Shown: positions 24,481 to 35,943 of the stretch, one piece after another | How the letters are laid out: every line of letters starts with the position of its first letter | Numbering within the stretch: the stretch's first letter is position 1 | Origin: Octopus sinensis | Lineage: Eukaryota | Length of the DNA stretch: 64,000 bases | Assembly (NCBI RefSeq): GCF_006345805.1 | Contig: NC_043003.1 | Span: 29,636,001-29,700,000, forward strand | Direction of reading: 5' to 3' | The notes under the pieces: model-generated | The model's database searches: none | Told to the model about the DNA's origin: nothing | Seen by the model: the letters and a program-made list of their open reading frames with translations, nothing else | Position numbers and translations under genes: made by a program

Positions 24481-24758
24481 ACAGTATAACACAATACACT
24501 ACTCAAATTCTGGTATTGACAAAGATTTTCCTTGAAAATGAGTTAGAAATATTAATAATGCACTTGATTTTAAATATTTTAAATGCACCTCCACCACAAC
24601 TAACACCAAACTCGCAGCATTGCTCCAGCTTTGACATATGCTGCCACCTCGTGAGTTTACAACGGTCTCAAAGGGGCGCAACTGTGAAGAAGTACAAGGC
24701 GAAGCGATACAAGGGAGGTAAGTACGTTTCACCTTCACACTTAGGTCGTGGATACACG

Positions 24759-24775
24759 ATGGCGGTTTTTCTTCG
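24759..24775 (+). CDS. MRPL55: MRPL55 coding exon 1 (MAVFLR)
   Basis: acgATGG context; donor cg|gtaagt; phase 2 matches the exon 2 acceptor. Confidence 0.75.
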
Positions 24776-27067
24776 GTAAGTCCGTGTGTATTTTGTTAAT
24801 TAAAGAATAATATTTTGGTATATAAGCATTAAATCTCAGCGATTTGTTTTTCAGCCTTCTATTCTGCTGCTTACAGTAGTGAGGAAATTTGGGTAATTGT
24901 TGTGATTGCGTAAAAGCACTGTATACAATAATTTCATTATTATTATATATTCCTGAAGATCGGCGGAGTTTCGAAATAGCTACTTTATGGGAAAGAAAAA
25001 GGGCAATTTTTGTGGAAAAAATTCTTTCAGAATCATAATCCCCGTTTTACGAAACACAGGAATACTAAAAACTAAAGAGGGAAAAATCACTTAATTCCTT
25101 GACCCTTTCCTTCCACATGAGGTAAGGATAGCTGTTCCGAATCACCAAGAAAATATAACAAGGTTTGACACAAATGAAGGTTGCCGATGTATTTTATATA
25201 AGTTGTGAGTGACATTATTGCAGACATATTTTTGACACAAAACTGTTTTATTACACCGGAGTGTAATCTATCACTTAGGTTTTGTGAAAGTATAACAGCT
25301 GGAAATGTTCTTGTAAAAGCATGAACGGCACAAATCTTTCATCTTCGACAAGTATAACACCTACACGCCGCCGCGACGACTCATGTATATATATATAGAC
25401 TGAACATTCACCGAATACTAAAAGCTGATCTTAGGAAAGTCCGTTTTATATGTCGATCTTCAGATCAACATATAGAGGATGATATAAACTACGTTGAATT
25501 TCTTATCCGTCCGTAAACTCTTTGGATATTCTTTATAAATGAGTAAAACCTTGCTCGAGAGGTCATCACAGTGGAGCATCATGGATTGAATCCGATGGCG
25601 TTTACGATTTTATGATTGGATTTGCTTGTTTCACTTGTGTAAAATGGCCTTTTCTTATATATATTTTTCTTTAATGGAGAGTCTTTGGAGATTAAGTAGC
25701 GGAGGTGGGGTCGTTATAGCTAACTATTGTAGGAAAAGCACGAGCAGGTAGGGAATTCTTGAGGATTGGCATCTGGATAGAAAGAACTGAGAAAACCGAT
25801 TAATGCACAGGACCTGGAAGAAAAGCAGGCTCAATGTAGGTTCACATGAGGAGGGAGGCAGGTGGGCCTTACTGAAAGTGGCACATGACAAGCAAAGGCC
25901 ATTGTCAAAACAGTAGAAAAGATTTCTTAAGGTAAATCCACGCCACACATTATAAGGGAGTGGAATATAATCAGCTAATATTGTCACAGGACATAACTGA
26001 TACTTATTGCATTGTTCATTCAGATGGAGGCACATGGCTCAATGGTTAGAGCATCAGGTTCATAATCATGAGGTAGTGAGTTTGATTCCCAAGCTGGGCT
26101 GTGTGTTGTGTTCTTGAGCAAGACACTTTATTTCACATTGCTCCAGTTGTGGTGAGGCGAGGTTGGTATGCATATGCAGCTGCTGGTCTTCCATAAACAA
26201 CCTTGCCTGAACTTGTGATTCTGAGGGGAACTTTCTAGGTGCAATACAATGGTCATTCATGACCGAAGAGGATTTTTACCCATTTAGATGGAAGGCTGTT
26301 GAGCAAAGTCAATCCCAGCAAGATTTGAACTCAAAATGTAAAGGAATGCATTACAGCAGACAAAGGTTTTAAGTCAATTTCATCGACCCAGTGCGTAACT
26401 GGTACTTATTTAATTGACCCCAAAAGAATGAAAGGCAAAGTCAACCTCAGTGCAGTTTGAACTTAGAACATAATGGCAGATGAAATATCGCTAAGCATTT
26501 CGCCTGCCATGCTGATGATTCTGCCAGCTCAACGCCCTAATGCAGTTAAATTTAGCTACAAACAGAGTAATCTATGCACAATCGTTTCTGTTTCATGTGC
26601 ATATACTGATTAAGTTCCAGCTTGACACCTCCACACACATCAGCATATATCTGCTATTTCTATGGTCAAGTGTGCAGGAATGTGTTATATATAGATGTAC
26701 ACATCATTATTATATCAAATTTCTTTATTCTTTTTTGACATCATTTAAATATAAATGAAAATCATTGCAACAAATCACTAAATTCAGAGACAATGGGAAA
26801 TATTTTCAGCACTTTAACAATTGTCAAACCACTTCACTTAATAATAATTTGTTCTAATTCTGGCACAAGGCCAATTTTGAAGTGCAGGGCAAGTTAATTA
26901 TATTGATCTCAGTACTTGACTGGTACTTACATCATTGATCCCCAGAAAGATGGAAAGTAAAGTTGACCTTAGCAGAATTTGAACACAGAACTTCAAGCTA
27001 GAAGAAACACTGCTAAAAATTTTGTCTGACACAGTAATGGTTCTACTAGTTCATTATCTTAGTAATA

Positions 27068-27098
<31 letters not shown>

Positions 27099-30000
27099 TC
27101 CTTTCTACTACAGGCACAAGGCCTGAAATTTGGAGGGAGAGGGCAGTTGATTAGATTGACCTAGTATGCAACTGGTACTTGATTTATCGACACCCCCTTC
27201 CCACCCCCATAAAAGGATGAAAAGCAAAATCAACCTCGGCAGAATTTGAACTCAGAACATAAGACAGACAAAATACTGCTAAGCATTTCGCCCGGAGTGC
27301 TAATGATTCTGCCAACTCACCACATTAGTAATAATAATAATAATAATTCTTTCTAATGTTGGCACAAGGCTAGCAATTTTTAGGGGAAGGGAGTTAGTCA
27401 ATTACATCAATCCCAGTACTTGTCTAGTACTTATTTCATCAACACTGAAAGGATGAAAGAACAAATTGATCTTGTCCGAATTAGAGCTCAAAATGTTGAG
27501 ATTGGGGGAAAATGCTTGTAAGTATTTTTCCCAATGCACTGATTTGGGCTCAAGCCCAGCAATTTTTAGCAAGAGGTGGTTAGTTGAATAAATTGACCCC
27601 AGTACTTGACCAGTATTTTATTTTACTTATCCCAGCATATGAAATGGTGATGTCGGTTAGAACCAGATTTAATTTTATTCAGCATGTAAAGGGACATAAT
27701 TACATGATTTGAAGGAATGATGTAATTTTTGGTCCAAACCCATAACCATACTTAATTTTTCTTTCTGATATTTTTCTCATTTTATTTTTCATATATATAT
27801 TAATCAAAGGACATACTAAGTACGTCTACCTGCTGCAAATAACAATAAAAACTCTTAGATCGCCTAAATACACTGATAATAACTACAGAAATCTATAGTT
27901 GCTATCAGTGTGTTTTGGTAATTTAAATAAGAGTTTTGACTGTTATTTCCAGCAGGTAGACATACTTAGTATGTCTTTTGATTAATTTTAATCCTTCAGC
28001 TATTTAGTGCTTTTTGCGGGATTTCCAATCGCCTGTATTATTGATTCTGTTATTATCGTTTTTTTAAATTGTTACACTAGATAATAACAGGGTCAATGGT
28101 ATCTTCGCAAATTATTTTTTCTCATGAATTATTTGCTCCACATATATATAAAATTCATTTAGTGTTTTGTTTTCTCTTTCTAGCCCCAGTCTGCTGGGCA
28201 GCATTTATGGCAGAACTTGCGTCCGGTGGAACTCCAACCGAACCTCAATGTGTAAAATTAACCGATCCATCTATAAACGGATGTACCCTGTCACACTTGT
28301 CCAGCCTGATGGATCCACCATTGTAATCCGCTACAAAGAGCCTCGACGAATTATCACAGTAAGAATTAATTTCAGTAATTTCATTTTCACATCTAGAATA
28401 ACATGTGTGTGAGTAAAGTTGTCAGGCAAGCTTGAGGATCCAAAATTTCCTAGATTACTATAAAAGACCTCCTTCAGTCATGAATGACCATAAGATTGTT
28501 CCTAGAAAGTTCCCCTCCTACAAGTTTGGGTAAGTTTATTTGTGGAAAACCAGTCGTTGTCCATGCATACCAGCCTCCCCTCTCTGTGCCACCAGTGTTG
28601 TCTAAGGGAAAAGCAAAAGCTGATACAGGCAACTCATTTCTACAGCTACATGAACTGGAATGTCACTGGTGTCAAGCTATATCAGTCTTTGCCATTCCCT
28701 TGGACAACATCGATGGTATCGGATGGTGTGGGTTATGGCCTTGTCACCTGCATCATAAATCAGGTAGTTCATGAAGGAGTCCTACCCAATGCCTGGTGTA
28801 GCAGCACCATAGTCAACTGCTATAAGGGTAAATGTGATGCTTTAGATACAAGTAACTACAGGGGTATCAAATTATTGGATCAGGTGATGAAAGTTACAGG
28901 GAGGCTCATAGCCCAACTAATTAGGGAGAGAGTTAGCCTAGATGAGATGCAGTTTGGTTTTGTGTCAGGCAGAAGCACCACTGATGCTATATTTCTGGTA
29001 AGGCAACTGCAGGAGAAATATCTAGCCAAAGATAAACCTCTGTACTTGGCTTTTGTTTACTTGGAGAAAGCCTTTGACAAGGTCCCCCAATCCCTTATCT
29101 GGTGGTCAATGCAGAAACTGGGGATAGACGAGTGGTTGGTAAGAGCTGTACAAGCCCTGTACAGGGATGCTGTCAGTAAGGTGAGGGTTGGCAATGAGTA
29201 CAGTGAAGAATACCAAGTAGAAGTAGTAGTTTCCCAAGGATCAGTCCTCAGCCCCCTCTTATTCATTATAGTCCTCCAGACAATAACAGAGGAATTCAAG
29301 ACAGGCTGCCCCTGGGAACTTCTTTATGCTGATGACCTTGCTCTAATAGCCAAGTTACTGCCAGACCTAGAGACAAAGTTTAGGGTGTGGGGGCAAGGTA
29401 TAGAATCGAAGGGCCTTAGGGTTAACCTAGCAAAAACCAAAGTCTTAGTTAGTGAGAAAGCTGTCAAATCACAAACCCCTTCAGTTAGATGGCCCTGCTC
29501 GATCTGTAGAAATGGCGAGGGTAGAAACTCCATACGATGTACTTGGTGTAAGCTATGGACACATAAAAGGTGCAACAATATCAAAGGAAGGTTAACCGAA
29601 AAGACAGTTTTTGTGTATGGCAGATGCACAGGGTCAATAAACACTGAAGATTCCATTACATGCCAGGGGGAGAAACTAGAAGTAGTTGATAGCTTCCGCT
29701 ACCTAGGTGACCAAGTCTGTTGTTGGGGTGGTTGCTCTGAGAGTGTAGTGGATAGAATAAGAATAGCCTGGGCAAATTTCAGGGAGCTCCTACCTCTGCT
29801 GGCAACTAAGAGCCTCTCACTCAGGATGAAGTGTAGACTGTATGATGCATGTGTATGAACTGCCATGCTACATGGCAGAGAAAGATAGGCCATGACTGCT
29901 GAGGACATGCATAGGCTTGAAAGAAATGAAGCGAGTATGATCCGCTGGTTGTGTAATGTCACTGCATACACAACAGAGTGTAAGCGCTCTGAGAGAAGAG

Positions 30001-33000
30001 TTGGGCATAAGTAGCATCAAATGTGGTGGACAAGAGAGACGACTGCGCTGATATGGTTCTGGGTGATATTAAGAACTCTTTAGATGTAATCATATACTGT
30101 CATAATGGAGATGTTCAGCAAATAAACTCTGTCCATTGATCATACAATCCACTGCATTATGTTCTGCTGCCACTGAAGGGAACAGGCGGTTGGCAGCTCA
30201 ATATGAAGAAATCAAATGAACAAACATTAACAGCTATGAATTTTTATGCTTACCAACTGCAGGTAAGAACTAATTCAGATAATCATATTATGTGAAATAG
30301 AAGACTTTTACAGTAATATGATGTAGAACAGTGGGTGAAAGTAGTACGGAGCAGGCTAAGGTGCCAGAAAACACTCAGGGTTGCTTGATACTGTCAACCA
30401 AACTAATACAGTAAAACCAGGAAGAAGAATTATTCTCCCACCAACCATCACCTGCAGTCCAAGATTTTACAGTGAGGCCTTCCAAAACACCATGGTAATA
30501 CTGGGAGCAATGGGAAAACCAGATTACTTCATCACATTTACGACAAATCCAAAATGGACAGAGATACAGACCACCTTATTTCCAGGGGAGCATGCACAGG
30601 ACTGACCTGATATTCCTGCCGAGTATTCAAAATCAAGTTCAACACATTTCTCCATGATCTACTGAAAAAACACTTTCTGGAAAAAGTTAATACCTATACA
30701 CTAATGATTGAATGGCAAAAACGTGGCCTTACACATGCACATACATTTATAATGGTTAATTGTCTTAAACCAACTTCCAGAAATCATAGACAAAGTAGTT
30801 AGTGCCAAAATACCCAACAAAGACCGCATCCCAGAGCTATCCAACTCAGTAATGGCACATAATGTTCATGGTCAATGCAGTGCTATCAACCTCCAAAGTC
30901 CATTTATGGAAACCAGGTGAGATGGAGCTCGATGTACTAAGGAGTTTCTGAAACCCTTCGAGTCAGCCACCTATACATCAAGAAATAGCTACTTGACGTA
31001 TCACAGAAGAAGTCTAGCATATAGTGGAAGAACCAATAAAATTTACGTTAAGGGTCAGACAGATTTTGTGGTAAGATTTTTCTTCAACTTATACTGACAA
31101 ATTTTTGATATAGAAAATTTATCATTATGTTTCAAATCTCATAATTTTAAGTCCAATTTTAACAAACCCATATCAACTGGTTCTGGCTTTACACTCAACT
31201 GCATCTACCAAAACAATGTCCATGGAAAAATATAGCAATATATACTATTTACTTACGTTTAATATTTTCTTCGCAGGTTGACAATTCTTGGATAGACCAT
31301 ACAATCTGTATCTGATAATTAAATACTATACCCACATCAGCGTCGAGGTCGTACATACCATCCAAGCAGTAAAGTACTTATACAAATACATTACAAAAGG
31401 GCAAGATCGAATCATCTTAACATCGGAAACAGGACAGCCAATTCCCGTATTAAACGATAAAGAAAACTTGATAAATGCTTCATACATCTCTGCAAGTGAA
31501 GCATTCTGGAAGTTGTATGAATTTTTCATACACCAAAAGCATCATGCAGTTGAAAAGCTACTCTGTCGTTTACCTGATGAACAGACTGTACAATTCGACC
31601 CGACTTCTGTCGCTGTGGTTGTGGAATGTAGACCATCGATAACTAAATTGACAGCTTATTTTCAAACAAACAAACTTGACGAAAAAGCTCGAGAGATTTT
31701 ATACCCAGATTTTCCTAAATATTTCACCTGGAACAATAAAACCAAGTCGTGACAAAAATGAAAACGAGGTACAACCGATGATAATGGTGATGTTAAAACT
31801 GAAACTATCAAACAAATCCCAACCATATCATATAGTGCTCATCAGAGTCAGAACTGTTTCACCTTCAGATACTCCTTCACCATATTAAAGGTGCAACTAG
31901 CTTTGATGAACTGAAGACTGGAGGGAAATGTATGTTCAACATTTCAGCAATCATGCATGAAAACTGGACTGATATTGGACGACCAAGAAATACACTGTGC
32001 AATGGAGGAAGCAGCCAGTGTTTGCTTTGGAGATTCACTGCATGACTTCTTCACTGACATGTTAATTTACTGCCGGCTGCTTGATCTGATGAACTTTTGG
32101 GGAGAGTGTAAAACGAGACCTCATGCAAAGAAACAACATTGGAGGTCTTACCCCTCGCATTGAAAATGAAATATTGATTCGTCTGCAGGAGCAACTTCAA
32201 AGGGATGAACTTGACCTAGTTTGAGATTTCCAGCTTCCTCAACCTGAATATAACGAAACCAGTCAATTGATGCCAAAGATTATTACAGACTGTCTTCGAA
32301 TAGTGTCTACTGACATTTACAATACTCTGACCAGAAGCACGTTTTTGATATGGTTGTAAACTCAGTTTTACAACAGGAAAACAAGGTTTTCACCTTGAGT
32401 GCAAATGGTGGAACTGGCAAAACATATCTTATCAATGCAATCATGGATTTTCTACATTTGGAGAAAAAAATCATACTCACCACAGCTCTATCTGGGATTG
32501 CGGCAACATTGCTGCACAATGGCCGGACATTTTATTCTCAGTTCAAAGTACCCATAAACATAACACCAGGGTTCTGCTGCAATGTGTCATCTCAGGATGC
32601 AACTACACAACTCTTCAGAATGACCTGTCTAATAATAGTTGATGAAGTCAGCCAAGGCAACAAGCTCATACAACTGCTTGGATCATTCCCTATGTGATAT
32701 CAGAGCGAACAAATCCCTGTTTGGAGGAGTATGTGTTATTTTTTTTTAGGTGACTGATAGATTCTACTGGTTATTAAACGTGGTAGTCAAGCTCAAATAG
32801 TGCAAACCACCTTGAAAACATCGTACATCTGGAGGTCTGTGACGGAGTTGAGTCTAAAGAAAAACATGAGGGTACGGAATTCTTCATATACAACTTTCGC
32901 AACTTGTTGGTTACAAGATTGGTTCAAGACAATGCTCGTTCTCTGAGCCACTGAGGAATGTGATTCAAATTAGGCCAGATTTTATACTCAAAATATCATC

Positions 33001-34344
33001 TATTTCTGAATTATGCAAATTCGTCTTTAATGATTTAAGTGAAAACTACAAAAACACATCATGGTTGTGTTCACAAGCTGTCATCGCCTCAACCAATGAA
33101 GTAATAAACAGTGTGAATGAGCACCTGGTTAGCAACTTCTCTGGAGTAAATCAAGAGTACTGTAGTTCAAATACAATAGATGACGGAAACTACCACCAGT
33201 ACCCACAGGATTTCTGAACAACTTAAATCCATTGGAATTGCCATCTATAAAATCAAATTGAAAAAGAACTGTGAAATAATGCTCTTTAGGAATTTCGATC
33301 CAGCCAATGGACACTTCAATGAAACAAGATACATGGTAACTGGACTAAATTCCAGTGTTATCAAAGCAGTGATTGCAACTGGCCCACACAATGGTAAACG
33401 CTTGTTCTTTCAATGGATACTGTTTACACCAACCAATAACCAGTTTCTGTTCCTATTAAGACGCAGGCACTTTCCTATAAAACCGGCATTCTCATTCACA
33501 GCAAACAAGGCACAGTGCCAGACTTTAGATTGTGTTGGTGTATTTTACCCACTCCAATGTTTACACACGTCCAGTTATACCTCACTATGAGTAGAGCAAT
33601 GGACTCGAGTAATTTGAAAATTAGTGTCAACCAAGCAGAAAGTATTCATCTACAAAGAAGTTTTGACTATATTGTATAATTCATAATTTTAATAAGGAAG
33701 TTTGTGAACTTTGAATGTGTAAGAGTATAAACAAGCATAAAATAGTGCAAACAGCTAAAATAAAAGTATATCTAAATAACATTTTTTCTTAATGCTTTTT
33801 CATGCAGTGGTTGAAGGAAGCTCTGATTTTCATTAGGAGTGGTCCACATAACCATTCATGATACAGAGGCTGGGAGCCTATTTCAGTTTGGAAGTGAATC
33901 GTTATCACATGTCACTTAGTTGCAAACACATGTCATATAGCTGCAATAGAATGCTGTATCACCAACAATAATGTGCTTTCTCTAAGACATCACCCAGTAA
34001 TCTATCAAATCCATTTGCACATTTTTCAATTCATCCTGCTGTTATGATTTGCCTCCATCATAGATGGGTAGATTTACTAGTAAAAATAATTAGCAAAGCA
34101 AAAGTTTGGAAAATAAATCATATCTCCATCCCACAGAAATAAAGTTTTCTTCATTTTTATTTTCAAACATTGCTTACCCAATTATCTTTCTTTCTTTCAG
34201 CTTCCTATAGATATTGAAACTCTGACTCCGGAACAGAAGAAATTGCAGCTACAGAAACGAAAACCTAAACGAATCATTCAAGTAGTAGAAGATTTTGAAG
34301 ACGATTTTGATATTGGCCGATACAGGCATCTCTGGAAGAAGTAA
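24759..34344 (+). CDS. MRPL55: Mitochondrial ribosomal protein L55 (mL55/bL31m), spliced gene, 111 aa; exons 24759-24775, 28184-28358, 34201-34344
   Basis: Spliced product MAVFLRPSLLGSIYGRTCVRWNSNRTSMCKINRSIYKRMYPVTLVQPDGSTIVIRYKEPRRIITLPIDIETLTPEQKKLQLQKRKPKRIIQVVEDFEDDFDIGRYRHLWKK. YP..LV..DGSTI.IRY.EPR is the L55 signature. All introns GT-AG, phases 2 and 0 consistent. Confidence 0.93.
26024..26285 (+). mobile_element. Second tRNA-derived SINE family (cttgagcaagacactt core, Meta/V-domain-like)
   Basis: A-box tggctcaatggttagagc, B-box gagtttgattccc, then tgtgttcttgagcaagacactttatttcac. Confidence 0.7.
26290..27680 (-). mobile_element. Cluster of about 5 same-orientation SINE copies separated by (AAT)n tracts in MRPL55 intron 1
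   Basis: Repeated actggtactt...aaaggatgaaa...gaatttgaactcagaac units at ~26300, 26370, 26850, 27100 and 27350. Confidence 0.8.
27799..27986. mobile_element. ~190-bp hairpin MITE about 200 nt upstream of MRPL55 exon 2
   Basis: attaatcaaaggacatactaagtacgtctacctgctgcaaataac pairs with gttatttccagcaggtagacatacttagtatgtcttttgattaat. Confidence 0.8.
28184..28358 (+). CDS. MRPL55: MRPL55 coding exon 2
   Basis: tttctctttctag acceptor; aca|gtaaga donor; encodes YPVTLVQPDGSTIVIRYKEPRR. Confidence 0.95.
28713..30060 (+). mobile_element. RTE LINE reverse transcriptase fragment (5'- and 3'-truncated)
   Basis: ORF 28542-29858 contains QFGFVSGRSTTDAIF, LEKAFD, QGSVLSPLLF and LYADDL. Premature stop at 29856 is a CGA>TGA change (intact gtgcga in the copy at ~58605). 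Confidence 0.95.
30062..33668 (+). mobile_element. Helitron Rep/PIF1-helicase pseudogene in MRPL55 intron 2, with an internal GT-AG intron (31071-31276)
   Basis: GKPDYFITFTTNPKWTEI (Rep motif 1), EWQKRGLTHAH (HUH), KYLYKYITKG (motif 3), GGTGKT (Walker A), IIVDE (Walker B), FPIKPAFSFTANKAQCQTL and terminal YKEVL; many frameshifts and stops. Confidence 0.93.
34201..34344 (+). CDS. MRPL55: MRPL55 coding exon 3
   Basis: tctttctttctttcag acceptor; LPIDIETLTPEQ...YRHLWKK*; ATTAAA ~40 nt downstream. Confidence 0.93.
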   Translation, partial: LPIDIETLTPEQKKLQLQKRKPKRIIQVVEDFEDDFDIGRYRHLWKK

Positions 34345-34639
34345 TCCCCTCTCCATCATCCTGTTTTACACTATTTCATATTTAAATTAAATCAAAATAG
34401 ATGTTATTCCATGATCTTTTTTTACTTTATTTTGTGTGATTTGATTAACTCAGCCAATTGTTATGTTAATTTAACCTTCCTTGTACTCTCCACTACCAGG
34501 AGAATCTTGGCTTCCTTGACACACCCACTTCTGTTTCACCATCACTACACTGATGATGACATGTTCATATGCATTTGTATGCTTTTATGTCTGTTTTTGC
34601 CAATCTAGCATGGGTTAGATCTGTTTGTGATCCAATTGT

Positions 34640-35270
34640 AGAGTGCTTGAAACTTCTCAGCATTCAGGTCTTTCTGCAGTTTTAGGGTATCATCAAAGTT
34701 CTTGACCACCTGGGATACTTTTGTATCATCAGCGTAGCTGGTGAGAGTAACTGACTATAACTGAGGGCCTGTCTGAGAGAGCCACCACAAACAATAGTGG
34801 TTCCTGTACAATTCCCCGAGAGACTCCACTGAAAATTAAAGTTTCCCCACAGAGAGTGCCATTGGCTGGAGTTGTTTTAATCATAGTTTTTAAAAATATG
34901 CAGTCGCTCCTCTAGTTTTCCAGTGATACCAAGGTCATGAACTTTCTGACATATCCTCCCATGATCAACTTTGTTGAAGGCCTTAGCAAAACTGAATATA
35001 TCACATCCACATTCAAGAGATCGAGAAGTTGCTGGTAGTAGCTGTGTGAGGCAGCAGCTTCTTGGACAGAAGCCATGTTGCATGTTTGAGCACAAGCTAT
35101 TATCTTCCAGGAATGCCATCATTCTCCTTCTGACAATGCATTCCATGACTTTGCTAATTTGTAAGGTGAGAGATAGGCTTGTAATTGTTAGCATCTACTC
35201 TGCTTCTTCCTTTAATATTTTGGGAAGTTTGCCACATGCAAAGAAACTTAGGAAAACTATCTGCATTTAG
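34640..35270 (-). mobile_element. CR1 LINE RT fragment
   Basis: KVMECIV...QHGF...CLTQLL, FAKAFNKVDH, and SYADDTK on the minus strand (~34730). Confidence 0.85.
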
Positions 35271-35439
35271 CTTCATTATCCCATTTAGCCATTTTTTATT
35301 TCAGGATTTAGTTATCTAGCCATGTATTTATCTATATCTATCAATTATATAAATGTACATATCTATGAACATATATGCATGTGTGTATGCATATACACAA
35401 ACACACAAGAACATATGCAAGTGTGTATGCATATATACA

Positions 35440-35465
35440 CACACATATATATGCATATATATATG

Positions 35466-35531
<66 letters not shown>

Positions 35532-35910
35532 TATATCATCATCATCATCATCATCGTTTAACGTCCGCTTTCCATGCTAGCATGGGTTGGACGGTTCAAC
35601 TGGGGTCTGGCAAGCCCGAAGGCTACACCAGGCCAGTCAGATCTGGCAGTGTTTCTACAGCTGGATGCCCTTCCTAACGCCAACCACTCCGAGATATGGT
35701 GTTTTCGGTGTTTTTCTTATGTGCCACCGACACAGGTGCCAGACAAGGCTGGCGAACGGCTACGATCGGATGGTGTTTGTTACGTGCCCACGGCACGGAG
35801 GCCAGTCGATGCGGTACTGGCTACGGTCCCGTTCGGATGGTTTTCTTATGTGCCACCGGCACTGGTACCACAAGGATACAAATTCCATTGATGTTCATCT
35901 ATTTTGATTT
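35440..35910 (-). mobile_element. (TA)n/(CA)n/(CAT)n microsatellite plus RTE 3' UTR fragment
   Basis: catcatcatcgtttaacgtccgctttccatgctagcatggg... Confidence 0.85.
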
Positions 35911-35943
35911 GGTTTGACTTGATTCGATTTGACTTTGATTATA

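Noticed and set aside
24231-24758. 182-aa ORF as an N-terminal extension of MRPL55
   Set aside because: Begins at TTG, is largely the antisense of the CRE fragment, and would bury the short presequence; known L55 proteins are about 110-130 aa
26024-26110. tRNA genes here and at other SINE heads
   Set aside because: A/B boxes are present but there is no complete cloverleaf, and they continue into SINE bodies
28542-28712. Novel N-terminal domain on the 438-aa RT ORF
   Set aside because: Chance in-frame fusion with a reversed SINE-body fragment; RTE homology begins at about 28713
35322-35677. Multiple YI/HT-rich ORFs (also 1447-2276, 10866-11132, 41169-41632)
   Set aside because: Translations of (TA)n, (CA)n and (CAT)n microsatellites
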